Positions 18,552 through 20,000 of a stretch of DNA of 20,000 nucleotides are shown in pieces. The stretch covers positions 120,794-140,793 of the forward strand of contig MU005970.1 of NCBI GenBank assembly GCA_010093745.1, in the 5' to 3' direction. How positions within the stretch are numbered: position 1 is the first letter of the stretch; each line of letters opens with the position of its first letter. The notes under the pieces are model-generated. The model was given only the letters and a program-made list of their open reading frames with translations, made no database searches and was not told the origin of the DNA. This DNA is from Piedraia hortae CBS 480.64. Lineage: Eukaryota. Made by a program: the position numbers and the translations under genes.

Positions 18552-19550
18552 ATGCAAGTCCTCCGCACCGTGTCTGACGTACGAACCTACCGCCGCGAGC
18601 TCCTTCAAAATGGGAAACAAGTAGGCCTAGTCCCCACCATGGGCGCCCTCCATGCGGGACACGTCTCTCTCGTACGAGCCGCAGCATCAGAAAACGACTG
18701 CGTAATCGTATCAATCTACGTAAACCCGACCCAGTTCGGAGTGAACGAGGATCTGGATAGCTATCCCCGGACGTGGGACGAGGACGTTGCCATTCTTCAA
18801 TCCCTCGACAAAGAGCTCGTCCAGGAGGGGAAGAGGGGAAGGGTCTCTGCTATTTTCGCCCCGACGACAAAGGAAATGTACCCCACATTACCACCAGATT
18901 CGACATTACCCGGTTCGGGGTCGTTTGTGGTGATTACCCCGCTGGCTGATAAACTCGAGGGACGGTCCAGGCCTGTGTTCTTCCGCGGGGTGGCGACTGT
19001 GTGTATGAAATTGTTCAACATCGTTGCCGCGGAAAGGGTTTACTTTGGGCAAAAGGATGTTCAGCAGACGGTTGTGATTCGGCGGATGGTAAAGGATTTG
19101 CATGTCGATGCAGAGGTTCGGGTTGTGCCGACCGAGCGGGAGAGCGATGGATTGGCGCTCAGCAGTCGAAATGTATACCTTGGTGAGAGGAGGAGAAGAA
19201 ATGCGGTGCTGCTGTCAAAAGCATTGTTTGCTGCCGAGGCGGCGTACAAGTCTGGTGAGAGGCATAGGGATAAGGTTCTCGCTGCAGCATGGGGTGTTAT
19301 GAAGGAGTTTGACCGGAAGCAAGATGGTCTCGGACCGGAGGACCGGATTAGATTCCAGGTTGATTATCTCTCGCTCGCGGATCCAGATTCGCTGGATGAG
19401 GTAGACGAGGTTGATGGGCAGAGAGGTGCTGTTCTGAGCGGAGCGGTGAAGATGCTCCCGGTAGAAGCAGTCAAACACGGCGAGAAACTGGGCAGAGGAG
19501 ATGATGCCGTTCAGGTGCGGCTGATTGATAACGTTATTTTATCCGGATGA
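18552..19550 (+). CDS. PAN6: Pantoate--beta-alanine ligase (pantothenate synthetase), 332 aa
   Basis: VGLVPTMGALHAGH (HIGH-like motif), SIYVNPTQF, EDLDSYPRT, LEGRSRPVFFRGVATV, FGQKD, DGLALSSRN and RLIDN. ATG 18552 (MQVLRTV) is preferred over the upstream in-frame ATG 18438. Confidence 0.96.
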   Translation: MQVLRTVSDVRTYRRELLQNGKQVGLVPTMGALHAGHVSLVRAAASENDCVIVSIYVNPTQFGVNEDLDSYPRTWDEDVAILQSLDKELVQEGKRGRVSAIFAPTTKEMYPTLPPDSTLPGSGSFVVITPLADKLEGRSRPVFFRGVATVCMKLFNIVAAERVYFGQKDVQQTVVIRRMVKDLHVDAEVRVVPTERESDGLALSSRNVYLGERRRRNAVLLSKALFAAEAAYKSGERHRDKVLAAAWGVMKEFDRKQDGLGPEDRIRFQVDYLSLADPDSLDEVDEVDGQRGAVLSGAVKMLPVEAVKHGEKLGRGDDAVQVRLIDNVILSG

Positions 19551-19553
19551 GGA

Positions 19554-20000
19554 CTACCTCCGCTGGAACGTTACCTTGATCAGATTGTCCCCGAGCGTGA
19601 CCTGTGACATGGCCTCCTTGACGGTAGTGGCAGTAGCCTCGTCCTGGTATTCAACAAACGCAATCCCCTCCCGACCAGGAGCAAGACGCGCCTCTTTGAA
19701 TCCCGGATATCGCGAGAAGACAAGCGCGACCATGTCCTGATCGTAATCCGGCGGCATGTTACGCACCAGTAGCGTCTTATTCGGCGGGAGATATTCCTCC
19801 GGCACGACGCCGCCAGGAACCTTGGCCGCCTTGGCCGGACGCTGAGCAAGAACGTTCGGAGCCGCGCGTTTTCCTTCTTTCTTCTGCTCCGCCTCGGCCG
19901 CTTGCTTGCGCTCTGCAAACCGTCAGCACCATCCCTCCGTCCAGCGATGCACCCACCCTTCTCAGCAATCCTCTGCGTCTTATGCACCTCCAGCGCCGCC
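19554..20000 (-). CDS. U1A: U1A/U2B''-family snRNP protein (most likely U1A), 3' part with the C-terminal RRM. Exons >20000-19957 and 19912-19554
   Basis: ALEVHKTQRIAEK, intron 19956-19913 (GTGGGT..CTGAC..CAG, 44 nt), then ERKQA..VPEEYLPPNKTLLVRNMP..FSRYPGFKEARLAPGREGIAFVEY..IKVTFQRR*. Confidence 0.9.

Noticed and set aside
1676..20000. Functional clustering of spliceosomal genes SmF and U1A
   Set aside because: About 17.5 kb apart with unrelated genes between; consistent with chance.
1..20000. tRNA, rRNA, snoRNA or CRISPR features
   Set aside because: None recognised by eye; a covariance-model scan would be needed to exclude small RNAs.

Overview
Eukaryotic, filamentous-ascomycete (Pezizomycotina-like) DNA from a compact genome: all seven inferred introns are 44-51 nt and core genes are separated by 3-270 bp in several places. 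Two tight blocks of conserved genes flank about 9.5 kb of mostly decayed sequence. Left block: VPS11 (5' part) and SmF, divergent. Right block: an 88-aa three-exon protein missed by the ORF track, ASA1, a head-to-head pair of HSP20/alpha-crystallin paralogues, DBP7, PAN6 and the 3' part of a U1A-type snRNP gene. The middle (2.1-11.7 kb) holds a frameshifted secreted lysozyme-like gene, a multiply disrupted PD-(D/E)XK-like nuclease plus coiled-coil gene bracketed by diverged inverted hairpin repeats, a 250-bp Fot1/pogo-type MITE, a very old amino-acid permease relic, and one intact MAPEG gene. Most notable: (1) one of the two small HSPs carries a mitochondrial-presequence-like extension, and their shared promoter has an eight-unit GAA ladder at 10-bp spacing; (2) the nuclease relic may be a fossil mobile element; (3) the PAN6 and U1A stop codons lie only 3 bp apart. 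All family assignments come from recognising motifs by eye; no searches were run.
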